This document shows, in pieces, positions 30,641 to 39,223 of a DNA stretch of 64,000 bases; positions within the stretch are counted from its first letter, which is position 1, and each line of letters opens with the position of its first letter. A program made the translations under genes and the position numbers. This DNA is from Thiorhodovibrio winogradskyi (GTDB lineage: Bacteria > Pseudomonadota > Gammaproteobacteria > Chromatiales > Chromatiaceae). Location of the stretch: NCBI RefSeq assembly GCF_036208045.1, contig NZ_CP121472.1, positions 877,531-941,530 of the forward strand, in the 5' to 3' direction. The notes under the pieces are model-generated. The model did no database searches. It was not told where the DNA came from and was given only the letters and a program-made list of their open reading frames with translations.

Positions 30641-30675
30641 CCCCGACCGGGAAACCGATCGGGGTTTTTTTTATT
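30641..30675 (+). terminator. Rho-independent terminator (hairpin ccccgaccgg-gaaa-ccgatcgggg plus T8), flanked by two further perfect GC hairpins
   Basis: Stem-loop followed by TTTTTTTT at 30665-30672. Additional perfect hairpins at 30603-30620 (ggcccgg-ctcc-ccgggcc) and 30676-30698 (cccgcgggc-ttggc-gcccgcggg). Confidence 0.6.
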
Positions 30676-30835
30676 CCCGCGGGCTTGGCGCCCGCGGGTG
30701 ACATCCTCTTCCTGACGGCATCGCGTGATGTAGCGCCTGGGGTTCTGTATGCCCCGGTGGCGGATGCGGGCACTGACGGCCGTGCCGGTGACAGTGTTCT
30801 CGCGATCCGTACCCATGGCGCGGTGCTCGGGAAGT

Positions 30836-30909
30836 GACAATCTAGCTCATGTGGATAGAGCAACTGGCTGCTAACCAGTGGGTAGCGGGTTCGATTCCCG
30901 CGATTGTCT
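30836..30909 (+). tRNA. Atypical tRNA or tRNA-like element: complete cloverleaf, anticodon GCU (Ser codons AGY) but class-I short variable loop and U73 discriminator
   Basis: Manual fold: acceptor GACAATC/GATTGTC; D-arm GCTC-ATGTGGATA-GAGC; anticodon arm ACTGG-CTGCTAA-CCAGT; variable loop GGGTA; T-arm GCGGG-TTCGATT-CCCGC. No encoded CCA. Confidence 0.5.
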
Positions 30910-31391
30910 CCTTCGGCGACCACAAATCGCCACCAGGGTTGGCTTGAAATCCAATCCGCAACCAAGGGCGGCCCCGTGCCCGGTGATCAGGCGATCACCG
31001 CCTTCGGGCGGGCCGGTATGGACGCCGGTTCAGGCAGGGTCGTGACCATCTTGCGCTGTCGGGCAGGACCTCGTCTGGATGCGTCGGAGCTGCGATGGTG
31101 TACGCCGGAGTGTGGACATCAGCCCGAGCCTGGGTTTTGGTTATTTTGGACCAGGGCCAAGGTTCGGGTCTCAGACCACAGAGATGTGGTGCCGCAACAG
31201 TCTGGCGCACAGGTCGGGCGAGTCCGATGGCCCATGGTCACGACCCGGGGCGAGCTCTTTTCTTCAACCTTCAACCAAACAACGGCAGGCCAACACCATG
31301 CCAGATCCTTAAATCACGGCGACGCGCCCAAGATTTCGCTGTGTCAGCGGTCCCGGCCCGTCGCCATTGGATGGCAACAGGAGAGAACAGC

Positions 31392-32609
31392 ATGAAGATT
31401 CCAGGAACCAAGCGACAGGTCGTCGCTCAGTATCAGCGCGCCTTGCTGCTGAAGCATGGGCAGCTGCGTCGGGTACTCGGGGCGGGCGTCCATCGTTGGC
31501 TGGACCCGGCCGGGGCGCTTGAGTGCGTGCTTTACGATTTGAGCACGCCCGAGTTGGCACATCCTCATGCCGATGTCTTTCGCCACGAGTCCGCCGAGAT
31601 CTGGAACGCCTGGGTGGATACTGTCGAAACCGGTGCCCGCGAGGCCGGCCTGGTCTATCTCGACGGGCGTTTGAGCCAGGTCATTCCGCCACTCGAGCGC
31701 CGCTTCTTCTGGCAGGGGCCAATCGCGGTGCGGGTGGAGCGCGTTGATTTGAGCGCTGATCCGGCCGTGGACGCCGCGCTGGTGCCACAGTTGCTGCCGC
31801 GGCGTCGAGTGAGTGGTCAGGCAGCGCTGGCGGCCGGTTTGCGACGGAGTTTACCAGGCACCACGGGCGTCGATCCAAAACCGGACTTTCGCGAGCATCT
31901 GCTCGAGGCCGAGGTGGCGGATCACCAGAGCGGGCTCCTGCTGCAGGACGGGCGGCTACTGCGCACCCTGGTGCCTGGGCTGCACGTTTTCTGGAACTTC
32001 GCCCGCGATTTGCAGGTGGAGGTAACAGACCTGCGTTTGCAGGAGCTTGAGGTGCAGGGGCAGGAGATCCTGACGCGGGATAAGGTGAGCCTGCGCATCA
32101 ACCTGAGCGCCCAGTACCGGGTCGCCGATCCGGTGCGGGTGCGCGCGGGACTGCCGAAGTATCGCGACTTTCTGTACCGGGAGTTGCAGTTCGGTCTGCG
32201 TCAGGCGGTTGGCGCGCGCACGCTCGACGAACTGCTGGAGCAGAAGGGCGCGACCGAGCAGGGTGTGTTGGCGGCGATTCGCGAGCGCGCCGAGCCACAT
32301 GGAATCCTGGTCGACGCGCTCGGGATCAAGGACGTGATCTTGCCCGGCGAGATGAAGCAGATCATGAACCAGGTGGTGGAGGCAGAGAAGGCGGCGCAAG
32401 CCAACCTGATCCGTCGGCGCGAGGAGACAGCCGCGACTCGCTCCCTGCTGAACACTGCCAAGCTAATGGAGCACAACCCCTTGTTGCTGCGCCTGAAGGA
32501 GCTTGAGGCGCTGGAACGGGTGACCGAGCGTGTCGGCAGCCTGACCCTGTTCGGCGGGACCGAGTCCCTGCTGCAGGGACTGGTGCGGATCGAGGCGCCC
32601 AAGGTCTGA
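31392..32609 (+). CDS. SPFH/band-7 (slipin/HflC-like) domain protein with a non-SPFH N-terminal region
   Basis: Start at MKIPGTKRQ. The C-terminal half (...ILTRDKVSLRINLSAQYRVADP...VLAAIRERAEPHGILVDALGIKDVILPGEMKQIMNQVVEAEKAAQA) is a typical band-7 domain plus coiled coil. Confidence 0.8.
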   Translation: MKIPGTKRQVVAQYQRALLLKHGQLRRVLGAGVHRWLDPAGALECVLYDLSTPELAHPHADVFRHESAEIWNAWVDTVETGAREAGLVYLDGRLSQVIPPLERRFFWQGPIAVRVERVDLSADPAVDAALVPQLLPRRRVSGQAALAAGLRRSLPGTTGVDPKPDFREHLLEAEVADHQSGLLLQDGRLLRTLVPGLHVFWNFARDLQVEVTDLRLQELEVQGQEILTRDKVSLRINLSAQYRVADPVRVRAGLPKYRDFLYRELQFGLRQAVGARTLDELLEQKGATEQGVLAAIRERAEPHGILVDALGIKDVILPGEMKQIMNQVVEAEKAAQANLIRRREETAATRSLLNTAKLMEHNPLLLRLKELEALERVTERVGSLTLFGGTESLLQGLVRIEAPKV

Positions 32610-32660
32610 GGCAGGGAAGGCCGCTCGACTGGCCGCCAGGGAAGGCGGCCTTGTTGGTGA

Positions 32661-34574
32661 TCAGCTTGAGGCCATGCCGCCATAGCCACTGTCGCGCAGC
32701 GCCTGCTCGATCTCGCCGAGAATGGCCGGATCATCAATAGTGGCCGGCGCTCGATAAGGGGTGCCGTCCGCCAGGCTCTTCATGGTGCCGCGCAGGATTT
32801 TGCCAGAGCGGGTCTTGGGCAGGCGCTCGACGATGATGACGCTCTTGAAGGCGGCCACCGGGCCGATCTGCTCCCGCACCAGGGCGATAAGTTCGGTCTT
32901 TAGGGTCTCGGGGGTCGCGTCGATGCCGGCCTTGAGCACCACCAGACCGACGGGCAGCTCGCCCTTGAGCGCATCAGCGGCTCCGATCACGGCGCATTCG
33001 GCCACCGCCGGATGATTCGCGAGCACCCCCTCCATGGCGCCAGTCGAAAGCCGGTGGCCGGCGACATTGATGATGTCGTCAATGCGGCTCATGACAAACA
33101 GGTAGCCGTCTTCGTCGAAGTAGCCGGCATCGCCGCTGAGGTAATAACCCGGTTGCGCGGACAGATAGGACTGCACGAAACGTTCGTCCCCGCGACCCGA
33201 TGGGCCCCAAAGGCTTGGCAGGCATCCGGGTGGCATGGGCAGGCGGATCATGATGCGGCCGATGGTGCCGGGCGCGACCGGCTCGCCTTCGTCGTCGAGC
33301 ACTTGCACATCGAACCCAGGCACCGGCTTGGTGGGTGAGCCGGGCTTGATTGGAAGCTGCTCGAGTCCCAGGCAATTGGCGGCGATGGCCCAACCGGTCT
33401 CGGTCTGCCACCAGTGGTCGATGACCGGCACCTTGAGCTTATCCCGTGCCCATTCCAATGTATTGGGATCGCAGCGCTCGCCAGCGAGGAAGAGCGCGCG
33501 AAACTTGTCCAGGCTGTAGTGCCCAAGGTGCTTGGCCTCGGGGTCATCACGCTTAATGGCGCGGAACGCCGTGGGCGCGGTGAAGAGCACCGAAACGCCG
33601 TGTTCCTCGATCACCCGCCAGAAGGCGCCGGCATCCGGGGTGCCGACCGGCTTGCCCTCGTAGAGCACCGTGGTGCAGCCATGGAGCAGGGGTGCGTAGA
33701 CGATGTAGGAATGTCCCACCACCCAGCCAACATCGGATGCGGCCCAGAACACCTCGCCTGGCTCCATGCCATAGACATGGCGCATGCTCCAGACCATGGC
33801 CACCGCATGGCCGCCATTGTCGCGCACCACGCCCTTGGGGATGCCAGTGGTGCCCGAGGTGTAGAGAATATAGAGCGGGTCGGTCGCGGCGACCGGCACG
33901 CACTCAGCCGGGCTGGCGGTGGCGACGGTCTCGGCCCAGTCGAGGTCGCGCTCCGGCAGCAGCTCGGCCGGTCCCTGCTCGCGTTGCAGGATGACGCAGC
34001 GCTCTGGCTTGTGGCTGCTCTGGTCGATGGCGGCGTCGAGCAGCGGCTTGTAGGCCACGACGCGGCTGGGCTCGATGCCGCAGGAGCCGGCGAGGATGAC
34101 CTTGGGCTTGGCGTCATCGATGCGGGTGGCCAGCTCGCGCGCCGAGAAACCGCCGAAAACCACCGAGTGCACCGCGCCGATGCGCGCGCAGGCGAGCATG
34201 CCGACGAGGGTCTCGGGGATCATGGGCATGTAGAGGATGACCCGGTCGCCCTGGGTGACGCCCAGATCGCGCAGCATGCCGGCGCAGCGCGCGACCTGGT
34301 CTTGCAACTCGGCATAGCTGATGCGCGCCTTGGTGCCAGTGACGGGGCTGTCATGAATGATCGCGGCCTGCTCGCCACGCCCGGCCGCGACATGGCGGTC
34401 GACCGCGTTATGGCAGGTGTTGAGTTGGCCGCCGCTGAACCAGCGATAGAATGGCGGGTTGCTGTCATCAAGCACCCGCTCCCAGGGCTGGTTCCAGTCG
34501 ATCGCCTCAGCCGCCTGGCCCCAGAAAACCGCTGGCTGCGTGCGGGCCAGATCATAGCTGTCTTGATAATTCAC
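32661..34574 (-). CDS. Short-chain acyl-CoA synthetase, most similar to propionate--CoA ligase PrpE / Acs family
   Basis: 637 aa. N-terminus ...FWGQAAEAIDWNQPWERVLDDSNPPFYRWFSGGQLNTCHNAVDRH is the PrpE/Acs pattern. AMP-binding motif YTSGTTGIPKG and a C-terminal ...SGKILR lysine motif. Confidence 0.9.
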   Translation of the reverse strand: MNYQDSYDLARTQPAVFWGQAAEAIDWNQPWERVLDDSNPPFYRWFSGGQLNTCHNAVDRHVAAGRGEQAAIIHDSPVTGTKARISYAELQDQVARCAGMLRDLGVTQGDRVILYMPMIPETLVGMLACARIGAVHSVVFGGFSARELATRIDDAKPKVILAGSCGIEPSRVVAYKPLLDAAIDQSSHKPERCVILQREQGPAELLPERDLDWAETVATASPAECVPVAATDPLYILYTSGTTGIPKGVVRDNGGHAVAMVWSMRHVYGMEPGEVFWAASDVGWVVGHSYIVYAPLLHGCTTVLYEGKPVGTPDAGAFWRVIEEHGVSVLFTAPTAFRAIKRDDPEAKHLGHYSLDKFRALFLAGERCDPNTLEWARDKLKVPVIDHWWQTETGWAIAANCLGLEQLPIKPGSPTKPVPGFDVQVLDDEGEPVAPGTIGRIMIRLPMPPGCLPSLWGPSGRGDERFVQSYLSAQPGYYLSGDAGYFDEDGYLFVMSRIDDIINVAGHRLSTGAMEGVLANHPAVAECAVIGAADALKGELPVGLVVLKAGIDATPETLKTELIALVREQIGPVAAFKSVIIVERLPKTRSGKILRGTMKSLADGTPYRAPATIDDPAILGEIEQALRDSGYGGMASS

Positions 34575-34823
34575 CGCGCCTGCCTCCCCTTGTTCTTGTT
34601 GCTTGCCAGAGAAGGCTACCAGACTGGCCGCGTCTGGCCAATGGAATCCGCCATGCCCAACGCGGAGAGGCTTGAGTCTCTGTTAGAGCATGGCGGCTAG
34701 GGTGCCGTCTGCAGCGGCGATGGCAGTGAGGAGACCTCGACAAAGGCACGCATTCCGCCATGCGAGACGATTGCAATTGATTTGAGTCCGCTGTTTGGCG
34801 AGCGACACTGAAAGGACATCGAA

Positions 34824-35624
34824 TCAAGCGCGGTTGTCACCCTTTTCGCCATCGCTAAATGCCGGCGCCAGCCGCTCCTCAAGCAGATCGGTCAGGGCGC
34901 GGTAGTCGGCGCGGCCGCGGCTGCGCGGGGCGTGGTTGCGCACCGGTTGGCCGGCGGCGAAGGCCTCGGCGAGTTTAATGTCGTTACGGATGCCATTGAA
35001 GATGCGCTCGGGGCCGAATTGGCTGCCGAGTTGTTCTAGCACGCGTTTGTGTTGGCCGATGCGGCGGTCGAGCATGATGGGCAGCAGGCCGAGCAGGCGC
35101 AGTTCGGCGTTGGTGCTCATGGCGACGCGAAAGAAGACTCGGGCGAGTGCCCGCGCGCCCTCGGCGGCGAGTGGATGGGGCAGGAAAGGGATCATGGCCC
35201 AGTTGGCGGCGGTGAGCGCATTGAGCAACAGGCGATCGAGCGAGGGCGGGCAATCGATTAGGATGCGGTCGTAGCGCGCTTGCAAATCGGGCGCGGCCAG
35301 GGCGTTGCGCAGGATATCGTCCTCGTGTGGGGTGCGATCGTGCTCGAATTCAGTATCCGCCGGGGCCAGATCAAGCCTTTTGTAGGGAGTGGTGACGATG
35401 GCCGCGCGCAGGGCCTCCGCCGAGCGCTCGAGGAAAAAGCCATGCACGCTGGGCTGGCTGTCGTCGCGTTGTACGCCAAGGCCGATGGCGCAGTGGCCCT
35501 GGGTATCGAGGTCGATCAGCAGCACCCGGTGGTCGCGCGCGGCGAATTCCGCCGCCAGGTTAATGGCGGTGGTGGTCTTGCCGGAGCCGCCCTTGCGGTT
35601 GGTGACGACGATGATCTCGGGCAT
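34824..35624 (-). CDS. ParA/MinD-family P-loop ATPase
   Basis: ORF 34824..35669. Likely start MPEIIVVTNRKGGSGKTTTAINLAAEFA (deviant Walker A KGGSGKTT). Last gene of the che-stressosome run. Confidence 0.8.
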   Translation of the reverse strand: MPEIIVVTNRKGGSGKTTTAINLAAEFAARDHRVLLIDLDTQGHCAIGLGVQRDDSQPSVHGFFLERSAEALRAAIVTTPYKRLDLAPADTEFEHDRTPHEDDILRNALAAPDLQARYDRILIDCPPSLDRLLLNALTAANWAMIPFLPHPLAAEGARALARVFFRVAMSTNAELRLLGLLPIMLDRRIGQHKRVLEQLGSQFGPERIFNGIRNDIKLAEAFAAGQPVRNHAPRSRGRADYRALTDLLEERLAPAFSDGEKGDNRA

Positions 35625-35661
35625 GGCGTGCGGCCTGTGGCGGTCGTGAACGGTGTTCCGC

Positions 35662-36030
35662 TCAGGCAAGCGCGGCGGTGATGGCCTCGCGCAGCTGTTC
35701 GCGGGTGAAGGGCTTGGGCAGGGTGACCTTCACCCCCATCAGGCGCGCGGATTCGAGATTGAAGTCCTGGCTGATGGCGCGGCGTCCGCCCGAGACGGCG
35801 ATGATGGGCACCGAGCTGTCACGCTGGGATAGCTCGGTGATCAGCTCGATGCCGTCTTTTTCCGGCATCAGAATATCTGTGATGATCAGCTCCGGCGCCT
35901 GGCGCTCAATCTCGATCAGGGCCTTGGCGCCGTTACTGGCCGTGCGCACCTGATGCCCGTCGCGACGCAGCATCTCTTCCATCATGGCGCGAAAAATGTC
36001 GTCGTCTTCGACGACCAGCACGTGGCTCAT
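35662..36030 (-). CDS. Single-domain (CheY-like) response regulator
   Basis: 122 aa with VLVVEDDD, DLIITDILMPEKDG and the KP motif. Confidence 0.85.
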   Translation of the reverse strand: MSHVLVVEDDDIFRAMMEEMLRRDGHQVRTASNGAKALIEIERQAPELIITDILMPEKDGIELITELSQRDSSVPIIAVSGGRRAISQDFNLESARLMGVKVTLPKPFTREQLREAITAALA

Positions 36031-37172
36031 GGTGTTGTCTCCGCGTGAGATCCGGATGCCTCCGGTGGTAGTTGTGGCAGTTCAATGATGAAGCGGGAGC
36101 CCTGACCGGGCGTGCTCTGTAGATCGATGCGGCCACCGAGTTTTCCAACCAGTCCGTGCACCACCGAGAGGCCCAGGCCGCTGCCCTTGCCGGGTTCCTT
36201 GGTGGTGAAGAAGGGATCGAAAACGCGCTCGCGCAGTTCGGCGCTCATGCCCTCGCCGTCGTCGCTGACGCTGAGATGCAGGGGCGGCGCCGTGGCCTGA
36301 TGGCTGGCGTGGTGCGCGGGGGCCAGTTCGAGGCCGATGCGGATGCTGCCGTGCTCGTTGCTCATGGCGTCAGCGGCGTTAATGCACAAATTCATCACGA
36401 TTTGCTGCAACTGGCTGGCTTCGGCCAGCACCCATGCGTGCTCAAGAGGGCTCTCGTAGCTGAGCGCGATGCCTGGTGGCAGCGAGGCTTGCAGCAGTTT
36501 CAGGGTGTCTTGGATCAGGGCCACCAGTTCGACCGGCTCGGGATGGTCGGACATTTCGCGCGCGAAGGTCAACATGCGAGAGATGAGATCGCGGGCGCGG
36601 AAGCTGGCCTGTTGCACTAGCTCCAGATAGCGCTGGCCGCTGCTGTCGGCGGGCAGATCATCGCCGATCAGGTCGCTGAAGCCGATGATGCTGCCGAGCA
36701 GGTTGTTGAAATCATGCGCGATGCCGGCGGCCAGGGTGCCGATGGCCTCGAGCCGTCGGGATTGCTCCAGGCGCGCGTTGACCGCCGCCTGAGCGCGTTG
36801 CTCCAGTTGCTGGCGGAAGGCCAGGCTGTAGGCCATGGAGACCTCGATCAGCGGCATGGTGACACGCCCGGCGACCTCGGCCAGGGTCAGCTCGGGGTGC
36901 TCGCGCGCGAGCAGGCTGAGCGCCTCGTGGTGCATTTCGCCGATTTCCTCCAGCGGCACGTCGCGCGCCATCAGGTCGCGGCCGAGGTTGGCGGCGGCGG
37001 CCAGGGCGTCTTCGGTGCTCTGGGCATCGCGCGCGAAGACGGCGCGATGCAGCAGGGCGGCGTAGCGGCGCGCCAGGCTTTGCTGGTCGGATTCAGTTCC
37101 CTGGAGGTGGTCCGTAGGGGCGGCCGTGTTACCCATGAGCATGGTGGCGGCTGTGTTAACGGAATCAGACAT
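36027..37172 (-). CDS. Cytoplasmic histidine kinase with an N-terminal RsbU_N (RsbT-binding) domain
   Basis: 381 aa. The N-terminal ~100 aa align to the Bacillus RsbU N-domain (VPLEEIGEMHHEALSLL / IEVSMAYSLAF vs IPPEEIISIHRKVLKEL / IEVMIGYGMAY). Followed by the HisKA H-box GIAHDFNNLL and an HATPase domain. Confidence 0.8.
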   Translation of the reverse strand: MSDSVNTAATMLMGNTAAPTDHLQGTESDQQSLARRYAALLHRAVFARDAQSTEDALAAAANLGRDLMARDVPLEEIGEMHHEALSLLAREHPELTLAEVAGRVTMPLIEVSMAYSLAFRQQLEQRAQAAVNARLEQSRRLEAIGTLAAGIAHDFNNLLGSIIGFSDLIGDDLPADSSGQRYLELVQQASFRARDLISRMLTFAREMSDHPEPVELVALIQDTLKLLQASLPPGIALSYESPLEHAWVLAEASQLQQIVMNLCINAADAMSNEHGSIRIGLELAPAHHASHQATAPPLHLSVSDDGEGMSAELRERVFDPFFTTKEPGKGSGLGLSVVHGLVGKLGGRIDLQSTPGQGSRFIIELPQLPPEASGSHAETTP

Positions 37173-37896
37173 GACGGTAAAGCAGCAGACTGGCGTCGTC
37201 GCGGTCGCTGGCCCAGCGCGCGAGCAGTCGGCTGGCGAGGCTGTTCTCGGGAACGTGATTGGGGTCAGGCTCTAGGTCTGCCTCGGCAAGCGCGGTGGCG
37301 AGATCGGCATTTTCGGCGATGCCGTCGGAGTAGAGCACCAGCCAGTCGCCGGGGGCGAGCACGAAGCGCTCCGGGCGCAGGGCGCGAAAGCCGGCGCCGA
37401 CGATGCCGCGCGCACCGCCAAGACGCCGCACTTTATCTTGATGAATCAGCAGGGTGCGCACATTGCCGACGCTCGCGTGCAGTACCTGCCCAGCATCCGG
37501 CCGCACATCGACCACCGCCAGCGCCACGCCGCGGGTACCGATCAATGCTTGATCGCAACGCGCGAACAGCTCGGCCAGTTCCAGCCCAGGGCTAGCCTGG
37601 CGCAGTTCATCCAGCGCGGTAACGGCGGCGCGCTGGGCCTCGGGACCATGGCCCAGGCCATCGGCCACTGCCAGGCGCAGCCCGGTGTCGATCAGCCAGG
37701 CGTCGAGTTGGTCACCGCAGGCCGACTCGCCTGGGAGCGGACGCAGGGCGCTGCTCAGATTGGTGCCCAGGGTGCGGGTTTGGGCGCCCGTACCGAGTTC
37801 GGTACCCGCACCGGCATTGACGCTGACACCAGCATCGACAGCGGCGTCCAGGTGGGCGCGATCAGCTTCCGATTGTGACCTTGTGATCAGCGCCAT
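37165..37896 (-). CDS. PP2C/SpoIIE-family serine phosphatase (RsbX-like)
   Basis: 243 aa with metal-binding motifs ...CGDQLDAW... and GDWLVLYSDGIAE, typical of the RsbX/RsbU phosphatase domain. Confidence 0.75.
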   Translation of the reverse strand: MALITRSQSEADRAHLDAAVDAGVSVNAGAGTELGTGAQTRTLGTNLSSALRPLPGESACGDQLDAWLIDTGLRLAVADGLGHGPEAQRAAVTALDELRQASPGLELAELFARCDQALIGTRGVALAVVDVRPDAGQVLHASVGNVRTLLIHQDKVRRLGGARGIVGAGFRALRPERFVLAPGDWLVLYSDGIAENADLATALAEADLEPDPNHVPENSLASRLLARWASDRDDASLLLYRHV

Positions 37897-38495
37897 TTGA
37901 TCACCCGCACACAGGTGCCGCGTCCAGGCCGCGAGGCGATGCGAAAGCCGTCCATCAGGCGGCGCGCGCCGGACAGACCGCAGCCAAGGCCGCCGGCGGT
38001 GCTATGGCCTTCGCGCAGGGCGGCCGCGAGATCGGTGATGCCGGGGCCCTGGTCGAGGGCGCAGACTTCCAGTCCCAGGCGCGCGCCCGTTGTGCTTGGG
38101 GCGAGTGCCGTGGCCAAGCGCAGGCGCCCGCCGCCGGCATGCAGCAGCAGATTGGAGGCCAGCTCGGAGGTGGCGGTGGCGATTTCATAGGCGGCGGCGC
38201 GGCTGAAATCCAACCGCTCGGCGGCGGTGCGCGCGGCTCGACAGGCGGCGGCGACATCGGCCTCGGCATCCACCACCAACCAGGTCGGCGTGAAAGGCGC
38301 TACTGCCTTGGGTGGCTCCGTCACGAAAGACCGGAGCGCGAGCAAGCCTGTTGGCGGGCGCGACTGGGGAGGGCGCGCCTGGGGCGGGCGCGAGTCGGCC
38401 AAAAGGGCCGTGTGCGCGGTGGGCGGATTATCGGGGTTTGGCCAGCGCAATGGTGACTCGTGTCCGTCCGGGTTCGGATTCGATGTGGAAGTCAT
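37887..38495 (-). CDS. Second RsbT/RsbW-like anti-sigma-type serine kinase (HATPase_c_2) with a Pro-rich N-terminal extension; true start uncertain
   Basis: The C-terminal ~130 aa (...AYEIATATSELASNLLLHAGGG...LDQGPGITDLAAALREGHSTAGGLGCGLSGARRL...) carry the GHKL kinase motifs. The N-terminal 70 aa are low-complexity. Confidence 0.55.
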   Translation of the reverse strand: MTSTSNPNPDGHESPLRWPNPDNPPTAHTALLADSRPPQARPPQSRPPTGLLALRSFVTEPPKAVAPFTPTWLVVDAEADVAAACRAARTAAERLDFSRAAAYEIATATSELASNLLLHAGGGRLRLATALAPSTTGARLGLEVCALDQGPGITDLAAALREGHSTAGGLGCGLSGARRLMDGFRIASRPGRGTCVRVIKWR

Positions 38496-38838
38496 CCACC
38501 AGTCGCCGGGTGCCGGGCAGACCGGCGCCCAGGCCGCCGCTGGTGCTATAGCCGTCGCTCAGCGCCAGTTGCAGATCGGGGATGCCAGGGCCCTGGTCCT
38601 CCACCAGCACGCGCGCGCGGCGCTGGGCCGCATCCGAGGCATCCTCGATGACGCAGGTGCCGGAGCCAGCGTATTGGATGACATTGCGCGTCAGCTCGGA
38701 GACGGCGGTGGCCAGGCGGGTCTGATCCGCCTTGCCCAGACCCAGGGCCTCGCATAGCTCGCGCGCGACACGGCGGGCGGTGACGATGTCGCTGGCATCG
38801 GCGATGGCGACGCTGCGCGCGGGCAGCGGCTCAGACAT
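38428..38838 (-). CDS. RsbT-like serine kinase
   Basis: Likely start MSEPLPARSVAIADASDIVTARR. Kinase motifs: ...VSELTRNVIQYAG...EDQGPGIPDLQLALSDGYSTSGGLGAGLPGTRRL. Translationally coupled to the STAS gene upstream. Confidence 0.7.
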   Translation of the reverse strand: MSEPLPARSVAIADASDIVTARRVARELCEALGLGKADQTRLATAVSELTRNVIQYAGSGTCVIEDASDAAQRRARVLVEDQGPGIPDLQLALSDGYSTSGGLGAGLPGTRRLVDDFHIESEPGRTRVTIALAKPR

Positions 38839-39223
38839 CTTCGTCCTCGGTAAAACGCACGTCGCCGCGTTTGGCGATGCGCTGGCGCAGCAGCGCCAGG
38901 CCCTCGCCGAGGTTGAAAGTGCAGTCGGCGCCGAGCAGGTCGCGGCCCATCTCGACAAGCGTCAGGGCGACGAAGGGCTGCACGCCGCAGATGACCACCT
39001 CGGCGCCGAGCAAGCGCACCATGCTGGCGGTGTCGTTGATTACCCGTGCCATGTAGGAGTCGACCACATCGAGCGCAGTGATGTCGATGGCTACGCCGAG
39101 TGCCTCGACCTCGGCCACCCGGGTGACCAGGTCGGACTGGAACTCCATGGCGTCGTTGTCGCTCAGGTCCGCCTGGATGGAAACCAGCAGGACGCGGTCG
39201 AGGCGCAGAATGGGGATTTTCAT
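38831..39223 (-). CDS. STAS-domain protein, RsbS-like (anti-sigma-factor antagonist)
   Basis: 130 aa: MKIPILRLDRVLLVSIQADLSD...VVICGVQPFVALTLVEMG, a single STAS domain placed between the RsbR-like and RsbT-like genes. Confidence 0.8.
   Translation of the reverse strand: MKIPILRLDRVLLVSIQADLSDNDAMEFQSDLVTRVAEVEALGVAIDITALDVVDSYMARVINDTASMVRLLGAEVVICGVQPFVALTLVEMGRDLLGADCTFNLGEGLALLRQRIAKRGDVRFTEDEDV

Noticed and set aside
30904-31395. 163-aa ORF downstream of the tRNA-like element
   Set aside because: No RBS, no domain, odd composition. The region is better treated as non-coding.
33414-34700. 428-aa plus-strand ORF
   Set aside because: Antisense of the acyl-CoA synthetase gene.
36714-37595. 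293-aa plus-strand ORF
   Set aside because: Antisense across the HK and PP2C genes.
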